Notes: generated by a model from the sequence alone, not told the origin. Positions 1-10,880 are shown, numbered from the stretch's first letter. The stretch: 20,350 nucleotides of DNA from Squalus acanthias (GCA_030390025.1 JASTWF010000345.1:496001-516350); one strand, 5' to 3'. Translations and numbers: made by a program.

Positions 1-152
1 ACAGCATAGGAGGAGGTCATTCGGTCCATGTCTGTGCCGGCTCTTTGGTAGAACTATCCAATTAATCGCACTCCCCTGCTCTTTCGCCATAGTCCTGTAA
101 TTTTTTTCCTTCCAAGTATTTATCCAATTCTCTTTTGAATGTTACTATTGAA
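1..152 (-). mobile_element. CR1-type LINE 3' end fragment
   Basis: Starts with ACAGCATAGGAGGAGGTCATTCGGTCCAT, the reverse complement of a CR1 3' UTR/tail; compare GGCCAAATGGCTTGTTTCTGTGCTGT at the end of the + strand copy near 1276-1301. Family assignment is from recall. Confidence 0.6.
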
Positions 153-1314
153 AATTATGAAGGGGTTCGATAGGGTAGATGTAGAGATGATGTTTCCACT
201 GGTGGGGGAGTTCAAAACTAGGGACCATAAATATAAGATAAGAACATAAGAAATAGGAGCAGGAGTAGGCCATATGGTCCCTCGAGCCTGCTCTGCCATT
301 CAATAAGATCATGGCTGAACTTTACATCAACTCCACTTTCCCACCCTATCCCCATATCCCTCGATTCCCTTAGTGCCCAAAAATCTATCGATCTCTGTCT
401 TGAATATACTCAATAACTGAGCATCCACAGCCCTCTGCGGTAGAGAATTCCAAAGATTCACAACCCTCTGAATGAAGAAATTGCTCCTCATCTCAGTCCT
501 AAATGGCCGACCCCTTATCCTGAGACTATGACCAGGGGAAACAGCCTCTCAGCATCTCACCCTGTCAAGCCCTCTAAGAATTTTATATGTTTCATTTTTC
601 TAAACTCCAGAGAATACAGGCCCATTCTACTCAATCTCTCCTCATAGGACAGCCCTCTCATCCCAGGAATCAATCTAGTGAACCTCCGTTGCACTCCCTC
701 GAAGGCAAATATATCCTTCCTTAGGAAAGGAGACCAAAACTATGCACAGTACTCCAGGTGTGGTCTCACCAAGGCCCTATATAATTGCAGCAAGACTCCC
801 TTACTCTTACACTGCAACCCCCTTGCAATAAAGGCTAACATACCATTTGCCTTCCTAATTGCTCACTATACCTGCATGTTAACTTTCTGTGATTCGTGTA
901 CAAGGACACCCAAATCCCTCTGAATGCCAACATTTACTAGTCTCTTACCTTTAAAAAATATTCTGCTTTTCCATTCTTCCGACCAAAGTGGATAATTTCA
1001 CACTTCCCAACATTATACTCCATCTGCCACCTTCTTGTCCAATCACTTAACCAGTCTATATCCCTTTGCAGCTTCTTTACGTCCTCCTCACAGCTTACTA
1101 ATAAATCCAATAAGGAACTCAGAGTGGTTAGAATGTGAAACTCATTACCACATGGAGTTTGAGGCCAATAGCATAGATGCATTTAAGAAGTAGTTAGGGC
1201 AATACATGAGGGAGAAAGGAATAGAAGGATATGTTGAAGTAGGGTGGGAGGAGGCTCATGTGGAGCATAAACTCTGGCCAAATGGCTTGTTTCTGTGCTG
1301 TAAATTCTATGTAA
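153..1314 (+). mobile_element. CR1 LINE 3' fragment split by a second CR1 (pieces about 153-237 and 1097-1314)
   Basis: 153-240 translates as IMKGFDRVDVEMMFPLVGEFKTRDHKYKI, typical of the CR1 ORF2 C-terminus. The element resumes near 1097 (ACTAATAAATCCAATAAGGAACTC...AGAGTGGTTAGAATGTGAAACTCATTACC; RVVRMWN-like motif) and ends in a CR1-like tail TTCTGTGCTGTAAATTCTATGTAA. Confidence 0.8.
238..1098 (-). mobile_element. 5'-truncated CR1 LINE (ORF2 C-terminal region plus 3' UTR)
   Basis: Minus-strand peptide EEDVKKLQRDIDWLSDWTRRWQMEYNVGKCEIIHFGRKN is the CR1 post-RT motif. The 3' tail repeat ATAAGAACATAAGAA (TTCTTATG units on the minus strand) is at 238-252. TATGCACAGTACTCCAGGTGTGGTCTCACC (741-770) reads VRPHLEYCA on the minus strand. 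Confidence 0.9.
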
Positions 1315-1824
1315 TATGAATCAGGTGAACAAGAAAAAGATTTATGTTAAAAAAAAAAAAATTTGGGGGAAGTGTGTGACACTATAATGGCTGCTTTCAT
1401 CACTTATCCCTAGCTGCCCTGAGAAGGTGGTGGTGAGCCAAAGGAATGTGTCTAACACTTGTGTTAGCTTTTTGTAGGAGTTCATTTTGTCCAAAACCCA
1501 ACTAGGTTTGATTCACCTCTGTTAGAATGCCCTCATTTTCATTAATGTTTTGGGAAAGTTTTGTTTATTTAATCCTTTTACCATTTGGTGCAGGCAAATC
1601 AGTGAGTGACAGATGGTCAGCCAATTAGGATGCAGTCTCTGAGGGTACAGTGACTTCCTAAAGTTGGCCATGCATTTGAACAGGGAGATAGGAAGGGGAT
1701 TACTCATGGGACACTACCCCATAAGGAACAGGGAGAGGAATGTGGGATGAAACACTCCTATTTTGCATTACCATACTGGCCAAATTGAGTGGTTTGGGAA
1801 ATGTCTCGATTAGGATTAGGCCTC

Positions 1825-2004
1825 GTAATGTTAAACTTGTATAGAACCTAGGTTAGACCACACTTGGAGTACTGTGAACAGTTCTGGTCTGCATATTATA
1901 GATAGTATATAGAGGCACTGGAGAAGGTGCAAAGAAGATTTACTAGAATGATACCAGAACTGAGAGATTATACCTGTCAGGAAACATTGAACAGCCTGGG
2001 GCTT
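1825..2004 (+). mobile_element. CR1 ORF2 internal fragment
   Basis: Translates as VMLNLYRT*VRPHLEYCEQFWSAYYR*YIEALEKVQRRFTRMIPELRDYTCQETLNSLGL, with the hallmark CR1 motifs VRPHLEYC and LEKVQRRFTRMIP and in-frame stops. Confidence 0.9.
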
Positions 2005-4079
2005 GATTATAGTTTTTATTGTTTTAAACTTCCCATTAAAACTTTATATCAATTGTACTGCATAAATGCAGCATGTAAAACAGGAGAAATCACAGAGATA
2101 GCACTTTTAAACAACTGGCTGTATAACACAGATGAAAGTTGGGTTTACTTGTTTATTTATATCAGGACCCACTTGGTGGTGTATTTAAAAAAAGGTTAAG
2201 TAATGGTGTTATAGTTCTGAAATATTTATCTAAATACAGAAAAATTAAAGAAATGCAAGACTTGGATTGATACACTGGCAAAGGAGGAATGCGGTGGTTG
2301 CCGATGGTGATTATGCAGATTTGTCTCACTGGGTATTATTGATAGCATTTATTGAAGGGATATTTAATTTCATTATATTGAAAAGCCTTTGTAAATAATG
2401 TTTTGACTTCCATAACTTTATTTGAGCACTTCATTGTTGGCATACTTTTTCTGGCATTAAAGGTTTGCTTTTGCATAAGTGAATGGAAAAGATTGACAGG
2501 AGCAGGGTGCTACCTGGTCACAGAATAAACCTGCTGGAAAGAGCTGCGTGAAAAGTGTCATCATACTGCTCCCAAAGTCACCACCATTGCATGAACCCAA
2601 TTAATAGATCAGAGACGGTGTTGTTCTTAACTGCACTGCATAAGATATTATAACTACAGTCATTTAGAAGGATTTGTCTGCCATTAATTAAATTACCTTG
2701 ACAAAGTTAAAGGCATTAAAAACAAAAAGAGCACAAGAAACTGCTGCACAAAGGCACATTTTGATAATGGAGGAATGTATTATAATGCATTAAATAGCAG
2801 ATGGCAATGAAATAAAATTAAAAAAAGAGGCCATATATTTTGGTCATTCCTAGATCAGATTGAAAGATACAAGTTCAGAAATTATTGTTGATAACAGTGG
2901 ATAAACATTTAATGCATTTGTGTGACATATTTCTACTATTTTAATGAAGGTGTTCACATTTAAAATAAATGGTTTAATGTCTTCATTAAAATAATGGGCA
3001 GAGGGCTGCTACACAAATGTGTTAAGCATTCATCTGCAATTCTTGCCAACAATAATTTCTATTTCGAGTGTAGATATAAAGCTAAATTTTTGCGTGGCTG
3101 CACTCCAGGCATGGAGCCTTGCTCAAAAAGATCAAAGAATCAGGTGTGAAGGTCAGCATACCCAATTCCTCTTTCACTTCTGATTTTCCAGTGATTAAAA
3201 TTAATCAGCGAGGCTCTGCACTGGGAGCATAACTTCATAAAATCTACCCTATAGTCTAAAGAAACAAATAACAGTTATCTATAACTGACCTGCAAGATGA
3301 TTCCAACCACACTGAGCAGTTAGTATAGCCCTGCCAATAGCTACAAAATCGACAACTACCCTCAACTATCGTTCAGCTTATAAAAATCTCAGGTTCTACC
3401 ATCACCCAGTGTGCTGCTCAAGAATGACATCATCTTTCCTGTAACCTGAGGAAATGCAACAATCACAATGTCATGGCTGGCTATTCCATAGTTCCATGTG
3501 TGACTGGTTGCTTATATGTGGAATTACATACATTTCAAAGAATAAAATTGCTTTCTAAAATCAGAAAGGCTCTTTATTCTCTGAACATACAGGTATTATG
3601 TTATAGCAAAATACCACATTGTATGTTGGCAGATTTCCCAATATCCTGTTGTGATTCTTTTATTCAGTCTCAATATACTCAAGGCCTGAAATAGATCTAA
3701 GCCTACTGGATAGTGCGTGAGGTGGTCAGTAGTCTGTTTAAAATCTTGGTTATTGGCTATTAATCTGAATCTGCTTAGTCTTTAAGAAGAACAGTACAAT
3801 GCACTTTATTGGTTTGCTGAATGTAATGCAGTCCAGATCTGAGTTTTGACCAATCCAGGGCTGTGTCAAGGCCTGTCACATATTTGTGGAAAGTTGTATC
3901 CATAATTCTGAGATCATAATTGAGCCTTGAGAAAATAAAAGAGGTGAAATTGGTCTTCAGCAATAGCGTAAAACTTCAATGTTTTCAAAAACAAATCTGG
4001 AGAGGTATAAAGCAAGCTGCCGAATCACTATAACCTCTGAAGACCAATTTCACCCCCAAATAACTCTCCAGAAATGTCT

Positions 4080-4460
4080 CAAAATGCTTCAGGCAAAGAA
4101 TTTCTTTTGAAGTTGTGACTGTCGTAGGCAAATGTGACTGCTATTTTACACACTTCAAGATATTAGACAGGAATAAAATGAATGACTAGTGAATCTGGTA
4201 CCACTTGACAGAGAACTGTTGGCCAGGATACCAGGTGAACTTTGTCAAATAGTGCCATGGAATTCAGCTTCCAAGTAGCCATTTGAGGGTGAGACAGGGT
4301 GTCAGTTTAACATCTCATTCAAAAATGGTACCCCAACAATGTAGCATACCCTACTGTTGCATTGGAGTGTCAACTTAGATTATGAGCTCAAATTCCTGGT
4401 GGGCAGCTCAAATGCTCAACCTTCTGACCTCCAGGAAGGAGAGCTAGTAACTAAGCCAAC
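4080..4460 (-). mobile_element. Old degraded tRNA-derived Deu-type SINE (same family as 6342-9184)
   Basis: Reverse-complement similarity to the 8777-9184 copy: GGCCAGGATACCAGG vs CCTGGTGTCCTGGCC; TTTAACATCTCATTCAAAA vs TTCGAATGAGACATTAAA; TGGAGTGTCAACTTAGATT vs AATCTAGGCTGACACTCCA. The head CTAAGCCA near 4451 corresponds to the A box TGGCTTAG. Confidence 0.75.
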
Positions 4461-5929
4461 TTTACATTTATAGTTAAAGAAAAATACTCTCTGGACTTTA
4501 TTACGCACAATACTTCTAATTTTTTGCAGAAAATAGCTTCCCATCCCAAAGGCAAAGAAAAACTGAAAATTGTGTGTTGAACATAATTTTAGTGAAAACA
4601 CATGCTATGTGCTTCCAAGCTGTATTTTTCTTGGAGTTGTATGTCTCTTATGTAGTTGGTGCTGAGGATTGTGGACCTCCAATAATTGTCTTATTTGCTA
4701 GTACAATGTTTGTTCTTTACTAGCGATTTAAAGAACTGGCAGATTCATGTTGACTGCAAGAATTCCTTGCAGAAATTTCCTTTAAGGGAATATATTAAGA
4801 CACTAGCAGCATGCATCACAATCAGAACAGATATCCAATGATGTGACTTAATTCAGCCATAGTATTGCTCAATTCAACAAAACTAGTTTTAGCAGAACCT
4901 TAAATGCAAGTATGTCTAAATTGGATGGTGTACTACAGTCTGATAGTGGATTGTGTAATGTTCTAGACAGTACAATAATACTAATTCACAAAAAGATTTT
5001 GCAATAAAATTGTAATTTTAAGAAGGGGTTGCTTTTCAGGATTTACAGATTCTGGGATTCCCATTGTGATGATCTACCTTTGTATCTGGACCTGGAATTA
5101 AACCATGAATTTCTGATATAGGATTAGCAAACAATGACTGGACCTGGCTTTCTGGAATCCTGCACCATTTCTACACCCTTATGAGAACTGCTTAAGCCGC
5201 TCCCATAGTAATGCTTTGTTCTATCAGGATTTAGTACTGGAAGCCTTCGGAAACTTTACTTGGAAAAATGTCTACAGGATGCTATTGACAGCATCACGTT
5301 TCCTGTAGGACAGTCCGGTAAGATGTTAACGGCCATTTAACATCAAGCTCCTTCTGGCACCAAACTCATCAAAGACAATGTTTTCATTAACCTAGCCTTG
5401 CTGAGGTTATCTCCGTGCCCATTTAAGATTCTTCTTGACTCTTGGCATCCCCTCCTCAGTATGGTTAGGACTCATTGATAGGCCACTTGAGTCCCTGTAG
5501 CACTTGGGAAGATGAGCATTATTGTGGACTGGAAGTGGTGCTTGCAAGTTATAGGCTGTTTTTTGTGACATGCGTTGCAAGCTTGCCATCCTATATGTAT
5601 TTTTTGTACCAGGGTTAAGCATTTTACTGGTATAGTCATCTCAGAACATTTTGGTGCTCCCGCAGACTGTGCCAGTGCCAGTTCCCTTGAGCAAAATGCA
5701 AGACTACAGTGAGCTTTCAAACCTGGTGAACCTAAGATTTCCAGCATCAGGCTTGACATGGGCAAAGGTCATCACTATCCTAGCAGTAGAATGAGTTTTG
5801 CTTTACCAGTAACCAGAATATGGGTTGACAGAGAGACCTTTTTTCATTTCTCTATAAATCCTTTGCTTACTGAGTGAATTTCATTTGAAAATCTGGTCTT
5901 TTCAAATAAAATTCACTTATAGTGGTGGA

Positions 5930-6098
5930 AGGTCCCAGTGAACTAGTTGAGTTTCTCAACCAATCGGACGCCTTTTTTTAATCTGGTGCCAGCCCACAAA
6001 TTACAAGATTTATTGAATTCAAATTTCATAAAATTGCCATAGTCGGATTTGAACTCTGGGTTGCTATTCCAGTAGCATAACCATAAGTTACTGTACCC
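5930..6098 (-). mobile_element. Degraded tRNA-derived SINE 5' fragment (different family)
   Basis: Minus strand reads GGGTACAGTAACTTATGGTTATGCTACTGG...CCAGAGTTCAAATCCGACTATGGCAA...GAAATTTGAATTCAATAAATC. It has a B-box-like GAGTTCAAATCC and resembles a common shark SINE head (recall). Confidence 0.55.
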
Positions 6099-6370
6099 TT
6101 TCATGGTCATGTTAATTGGAAATGAAAGGCTAGCCTTGTTTTACTGCATCATTACTGATTTTATCCATGCTTTAAGCTACTGGAGACTCCTTAACTTGGA
6201 CATCTTGCAATGCTGGCTAAATTCACACAATGTCATACTATGACTAATCAGAAACCAAAAGGAAGCACTGATCATGATTGCTAATTACAGAAAAGGTCTT
6301 CCTATAATTGATGCAGGCAGGATTTGGCATAAATTAGTCATGTCAGCCATGGCTCAGTTGGTAGCACTCT

Positions 6371-6386
6371 GGGTGCGATTTTCCCA
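6371..6386 (+). repeat. Left terminal inverted repeat of the Harbinger
   Basis: GGGTGCGATTTTCCCA; its reverse complement matches 8761-8776 with one mismatch. Confidence 0.9.
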
Positions 6387-6642
6387 TTGGAGGCGGGTTT
6401 CGGTTTGGGTGGGTTCCAAACCCGCCTCCACGGTGAGGTGGGAAAAATTTGCAATTTTCCCCTAATTGGCCAGTTAATTTCAGAGGTGTGGGTTCCCCTG
6501 GCCCAATTAGTCTTTTGGGACTGAAACTCGCCTCTGCTGACGTCACTTATCCAGCTTCATTTAAAGGCTGCTTGCTGCCTTGGCTCTTCCACTGGTTTTT
6601 GGTCGATGCTGCACCACCTCCAAATTTTTATCTCCTTGAAGA

Positions 6643-6830
6643 ATGGCCAGCTCCAAGGCAAGGGCCTCCCCGAGGTTCTCGGATGAGGTGCTGGGTATGC
6701 TGGTTGAGGGGGCGAGAGCTAGCAGGGAGGTGATCTTCCCCTCATCTGGGAGGAAGAAGCCTCCCAAAGAAACCAAGGCTGTGTGGGTCCAGCTGGCAAG
6801 GGATATAACCTCCAGATCTGTGTGCAGATT
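6643..6830 (+). pseudogene. Truncated Harbinger Myb/SANT-like (trihelix) DNA-binding protein gene
   Basis: MASSKARASPRFSDEVLGMLVEGARASREVIFPSSGRKKPPKETKAVWVQLARDITSRSVCR has the PRFS..L..LV, IFP and W..LA..I pattern of Myb/SANT-like domains. Similarity stops before the expected QC.K..NDL third helix. Confidence 0.8.
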
Positions 6831-7068
6831 GGGTGATTGTTTCTGTTTATTGATGAAATGCCATCCCTGTGGGAATGTATTAAAATTAGGTGATGGCAAA
6901 CTGTTGGCGTGATAGCATCTGTTATTTCGGCTTAGGCAGCTCCACATTGCAGGCTCCAGCGACAGTTGCGTGGTCAGGTTGGTGGTCAGAGTGAAAGTAG
7001 GCCAGAGAGTCATGTCCATTGTCTATCATGTGTTCAGAAGGAGCCAAGCACGTTATACAATGGGCAAC

Positions 7069-8263
7069 CTATGCAAATCTGGCCAGGATGAGTGCATCCC
7101 TTGCATCACGGGCAGCCATGTACTCGCGTGCTGCCGCTGCTGCTGGTCGATACGCCGCCACTCGGTCCTCCTCCTCTTCCTCCTCCTCATCTGAGGAGGC
7201 TATGAACTGAGCCACTTGCTCATCAGGAAGCTGCAAGCCATGATGCTGTGCCATGTTGTGCAGTGCACAGCAGACCACGACCATTCTGGAGACCCTGGCT
7301 GCTGAATACTGCAGGGCTCCACCTGATCTGTCAAGGCATCTGAATCGCATCTTCAGCAAGCCAATGGTTTGCTCGATGATGGACCTGGTCGAAGTGTGGC
7401 TGGCGTTGTAGCGCTCCTCAGCCTCGTTAGCTGGCCTCCTGATCGGCATCATTAGCCACTTCTTCAGGGGGGAGCCCTCGTCACCAAGGAGCCATCCTTT
7501 AAGTTGTTTTGGTGGATTGAAGAGCGGAGGAACACTAGAGTTCTGCAGGATGAAAGAGTCATGGCAACTACCACAGAAGTTGGTGCAAACATGCAAAATC
7601 TCCTTCTTGTGGTTACACACCAGCTGTACGTTGAGGGAGTGGAAGCCCTTGCGGTTGACAAAGATAGTTGGGTTGTGATGGGGTGCAGTCTATGACGCCC
7701 TGCACCATTGGCAAGCCTGCCATATTTACAAAGCCAACTGAACGCGTGGTTACACTTGCTTGATCCCTTGAGAAGTGGATGTAATTGTGTGCCTTTGCGA
7801 AAAGGGCATCGGTAACCTGCGTGATGCAACTGTGGGCGGCCGACTGGGAGATGCCGCTGATATCTGCTGATGATCCCTGGAAGGAGCCGGAGGCAAAAAT
7901 GTTGAGTGCGTTGGTGAATTTGACAGCCACTGGTAAGGGGTGTCCACCCGCTCCTCTGGGCTCCAGGTGTTGGTGCAGCAATGCGCAGATGTCTCCGACA
8001 ACCTCTCGCGAAAGTCTCAGCCTCCTGCTGCTCAGTCATGTTGAGGTAGCGCATCCTCTGTCTGTAAACCCTGAGAGGGGGGTATCTCCTGCGGCGATAT
8101 GCTTCCATGCACTGGCGCCTTCTGCCCTGTGCAGCATCAGGTGGGTGAGCAGGAGGTTGGGGCTCCTGCTGCTGTGCTGCTGAGCTGCCTGGTTCTGCTG
8201 CTGCTGTGGCTGCTCCTCATCCGAATCTGAGGTCCATGGTGAAAGGAAATAAATGGTTCCCAT
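7069..8263 (-). pseudogene. Harbinger (HARBI1-like, DDE_Tnp_4) transposase, frameshifted
   Basis: Spread over four ORF segments in changing frames: MGTIYFLSPWTSDSDEE...; RRRRYPPLRVYRQR; ALNIFASGSFQGSSADISGISQSAAHSCITQVTDAL...[22 protein letters not shown]...GSCHDSFIL...[10 protein letters not shown]...[29 protein letters not shown]...CCALHN. Catalytic D (IDCT), D (LGD) and E (IEQ) are all recognisable. At least 3 frameshifts. Confidence 0.92.
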
Positions 8264-8760
8264 GCTACTGGCAGATACCTCCGTTGGGGAAGCGCTCAGT
8301 CCAAACGGGGAGAGGGTCTTCCAAGGAGGTCCCACAGTTGAGAGATAGAATCTGCAGCACCTCCGACTTCGGTAGGCCTGCTAAAAGTGCTGAAAGACCT
8401 GTGGAACAAAAGTTCTGTCACCTGAAACTGATCCTTGATGAAAGCTCCATTTTAATGGTGGAGCTGCAGCTGCGAGGAGGCCACTCACTTGTCAACCTGC
8501 CAGGTTTAGCTGGCGTGGTTTAGGAGGGTCGTGCAACACGCACAAAATGTGGCAAAATAACAAAGGCCTGTCAAAATAGGATAATAGAGGCCCTTAACGA
8601 CGATTTAAGGGTCTTAACTACATCTCCCGACTGATGGAGGCAGGACTGAATCGCACCCATCAAACCCGCATCCGGCAAAATTGCGCGGAGGCGGGTTCCG
8701 AACCCGCCCTCACTTTTTGCGATTTTGCCAACTGTCCCGCCTCTAAGCCCTCCTCGGGGT

Positions 8761-8776
8761 TGGGAAAATCGCTCCC
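8761..8776 (-). repeat. Right terminal inverted repeat of the Harbinger
   Basis: TGGGAAAATCGCTCCC, followed directly by resumption of the SINE. Confidence 0.9.
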
Positions 8777-9990
8777 TCGAGCCAGAAGTTTGTAAGTTCA
8801 AATCCCACTCCAGAGAGTTGAGCATAAAAATCTAGGCTGACACTCCAGTGCAGTATTGAGAGGTGTGGCGTCTTTCGAATGAGACATTAAAGCGAGGCCC
8901 CATCCGCTCTCTCAGGTGGACATAAAAGATCCCATGACATTATTTCGAAGAAGAGCAGGGGATTTATCCCTGGTGTCCTGGCCAATATTTATCCTTCAAT
9001 CAACATCACTAAAACAAGTTATCTGGTCATTACCACATTGCTGTTTGTGGGAGCTCTGCGCAAATTGGCAGCTGCGTTTCCTACATGACAACAGTGACTA
9101 CACTTCAAATGTACTTCCTTGGCCGTAAAGCGCTTTGGGACGTCCAGAGGTCGTGAAAGGCACTATATTAATGCAAGTCTTTCTATGTGTCAAATGTTCT
9201 GTCAGAACCCAAAATGTAGTGATTAAAATAAATCTTAAACCAACAGGTTGAAACACAAATACTCCTCAAAGAAAGAATTCCCTTTGCTTTCAAAAGCTGC
9301 TTGAATACATTGCAAGTTGACAAAAGAAGTAGAATAACTAAAGATGGACCACATGGAAGCACTATAGTGTGCGAGAAGGGGAACATGTATGGTGTAGTAT
9401 GAAACTATCTTAAAAGGTCAGATTGGTATTTCCCTCACTAAATTACTTGACTTAGCCATGGTGTTTTAAGAACAAATATAGAAGAATCCTAGTTATTTAC
9501 TTCACCTTCTACACGATCAAGTGACGATAAAAGAAATGTGTCCCTACAAGTTATGAATTTCCACATAGGTAGGCCCATCTTGTTCTGGACTTGCATGGTT
9601 GAATGCTTTAATAAATTCAATTATAAATCCCTCTGGTTGCAACTAGCTCTAATGCCTTGACTCAAACACAAACACAGTGGGATATCCTTGTGATCCAGTA
9701 CTCACTTTTTAAGATTTGGCGGGAACTTTACATAAATCTACCAAAGCCTCTAAAACCTTTAAATCCCTTCATATTTTCCAAGTAATTTAAAATTTAATCC
9801 TAACCTGAATACTGTAATTTTAACTTCATTTACCAGCATTATTATTGTATATCATGTGGTTTCTGAAGCCAAAAATGATTTCCAGCTGCACATTGGCCTA
9901 CATTCTTTTTCTGATTTTATCAGTTTCTCAAATTCAATTTATGCAAATACATTCACCTCCATGATGATATTGCCCAGCCTTCTACAGACA

Positions 9991-10464
9991 TTAACTTGCA
10001 CCAAGTCCCACTCACCCATCACCCTTGTGCTTGATGACTTACATTAGCTCCCCATCCACGAATGCCCCAATATTAAAATTCCCATCCGTATGTTTAAATC
10101 CCTCCATGGCCTTGCCCCTCCTTATTGCTGTAACTTCCTCCAGCCCTACAACCCTCCTAGAATTCCGCGTTACTCCAATTCTAACCTCTTGTCCATCCCC
10201 CACTTGCTTCTCCCTACCATTGGCGGCTATGCCTTCAGCCGTCTAGACCCTAAGCTCTGGAATTCCCCCCCTAAATATCTCCCCACCTCTATCTCCTCCT
10301 TTAAGACTTTCCTCAAAACCTACATCTTTGACCAAGATTTTGGTCACCTGTACTAATGTCTTCTTCTTTGGTTCAGTATCAATTTAGGTCGGATTATGCT
10401 CCTGTGAAGCACCTTGGGACATTTTACATTAAAGGTGCTATATAAATGTAAATTGTTGTTGTTG
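9991..10464 (+). mobile_element. L2 LINE 3' end (ORF2 C-terminus, 3' UTR and (TTG)n tail)
   Basis: Peptides LTCTKSHSPITLVLDDLH and FKSLHGLAPPY...IGGYAFSRLDPKLWNSPP...SSFKTFLKTYIF are L2 C-terminal motifs. The element ends GGTGCTATATAAATGTAAATTGTTGTTGTTG. Confidence 0.88.
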
Positions 10465-10880
10465 TACTGAATACTATACAGTGGAAAGGTATCCTTCATA
10501 GGCTGTTGGGTTAAAATGCTATGTTGTAAAATATTGCCTGATGCAGGATTTTCAACTGCAAATATAGTGAAATTATTTCTTGTTTACAAAATATAATTAG
10601 CAACAAAAAATCCCAATGTCCCAACTATGAACAAGGCATAATAATATGTCGGAAATAATGATCTGTTTTTCATGAACAGAGGAAGGCACTAAGACAGGTA
10701 AACTAATTCTAAAGTTACTATAGCCATGTTTACACCCACATATCTAGTAGATTAAAAGGAGAACTTACTAGAGAGGCTCAGCCCGAATACTTGAACTGAA
10801 GATAACATTTGCATTGATATTAGGCACTAGATTCTACGACCACTTTACGGTGAGACAGTGCCATCGATGGCCTGATACGA

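Larger units (their letters stand above)
6371..8776. mobile_element. PIF/Harbinger DNA transposon, internally deleted and defective
   Basis: TIRs GGGTGCGATTTTCCCA (6371-6386) and TGGGAAAATCGCTCCC (8761-8776) match 15/16 as reverse complements. They enclose a Myb/SANT-like ORF (+) and a DDE transposase (-). The sequence is GC- and CpG-richer than its flanks and splits a SINE. Confidence 0.93.
6342..9184 (+). mobile_element. tRNA-derived Deu-domain SINE (SacSINE1-like) interrupted by the Harbinger; pieces 6342-6370 and 8777-9184
   Basis: A box TGGCTCAGTTGG at 6350-6361 lies before the transposon and B box GTTCAAATCC at 8796-8805 lies after it. The core has CAGGTGGACATAAAAGATCCCATG...GAAGAGCAGGGG...GTGTCCTGGCCAATATT, and the tail is L2-like, ending GCACTATATTAATGCAAGTCTTTCT. 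Confidence 0.85.

Noticed and set aside
678..923. 81-aa + strand ORF
   Set aside because: Antisense shadow of the minus-strand CR1 ORF2.
1397..1440. Short match to a shark LINE/SINE 3' tail (ATCCCTAGCTGCCCTGAGAAGGTGGTGGTGAGCC)
   Set aside because: About 40 bp and recognised only from memory; too short to annotate with confidence.
3070..3252. Possible ancient MITE ending AAAATCTACCC
   Set aside because: Only one TIR-like end is recognisable and there is no TSD; too degraded to support.
5407..5765. Two overlapping minus-strand ORFs (71 and 97 aa)
   Set aside because: No recognisable motif and no convincing splice boundaries; lengths are compatible with chance.
6342..6370. tRNA gene
   Set aside because: Only an A-box head is present; it continues as a SINE body after the transposon and no cloverleaf can be completed.
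7069..8263. Host HARBI1 gene
   Set aside because: It has multiple frameshifts, flanking TIRs, a linked Myb ORF and sits inside a SINE, so it is a transposon copy and not the domesticated gene.
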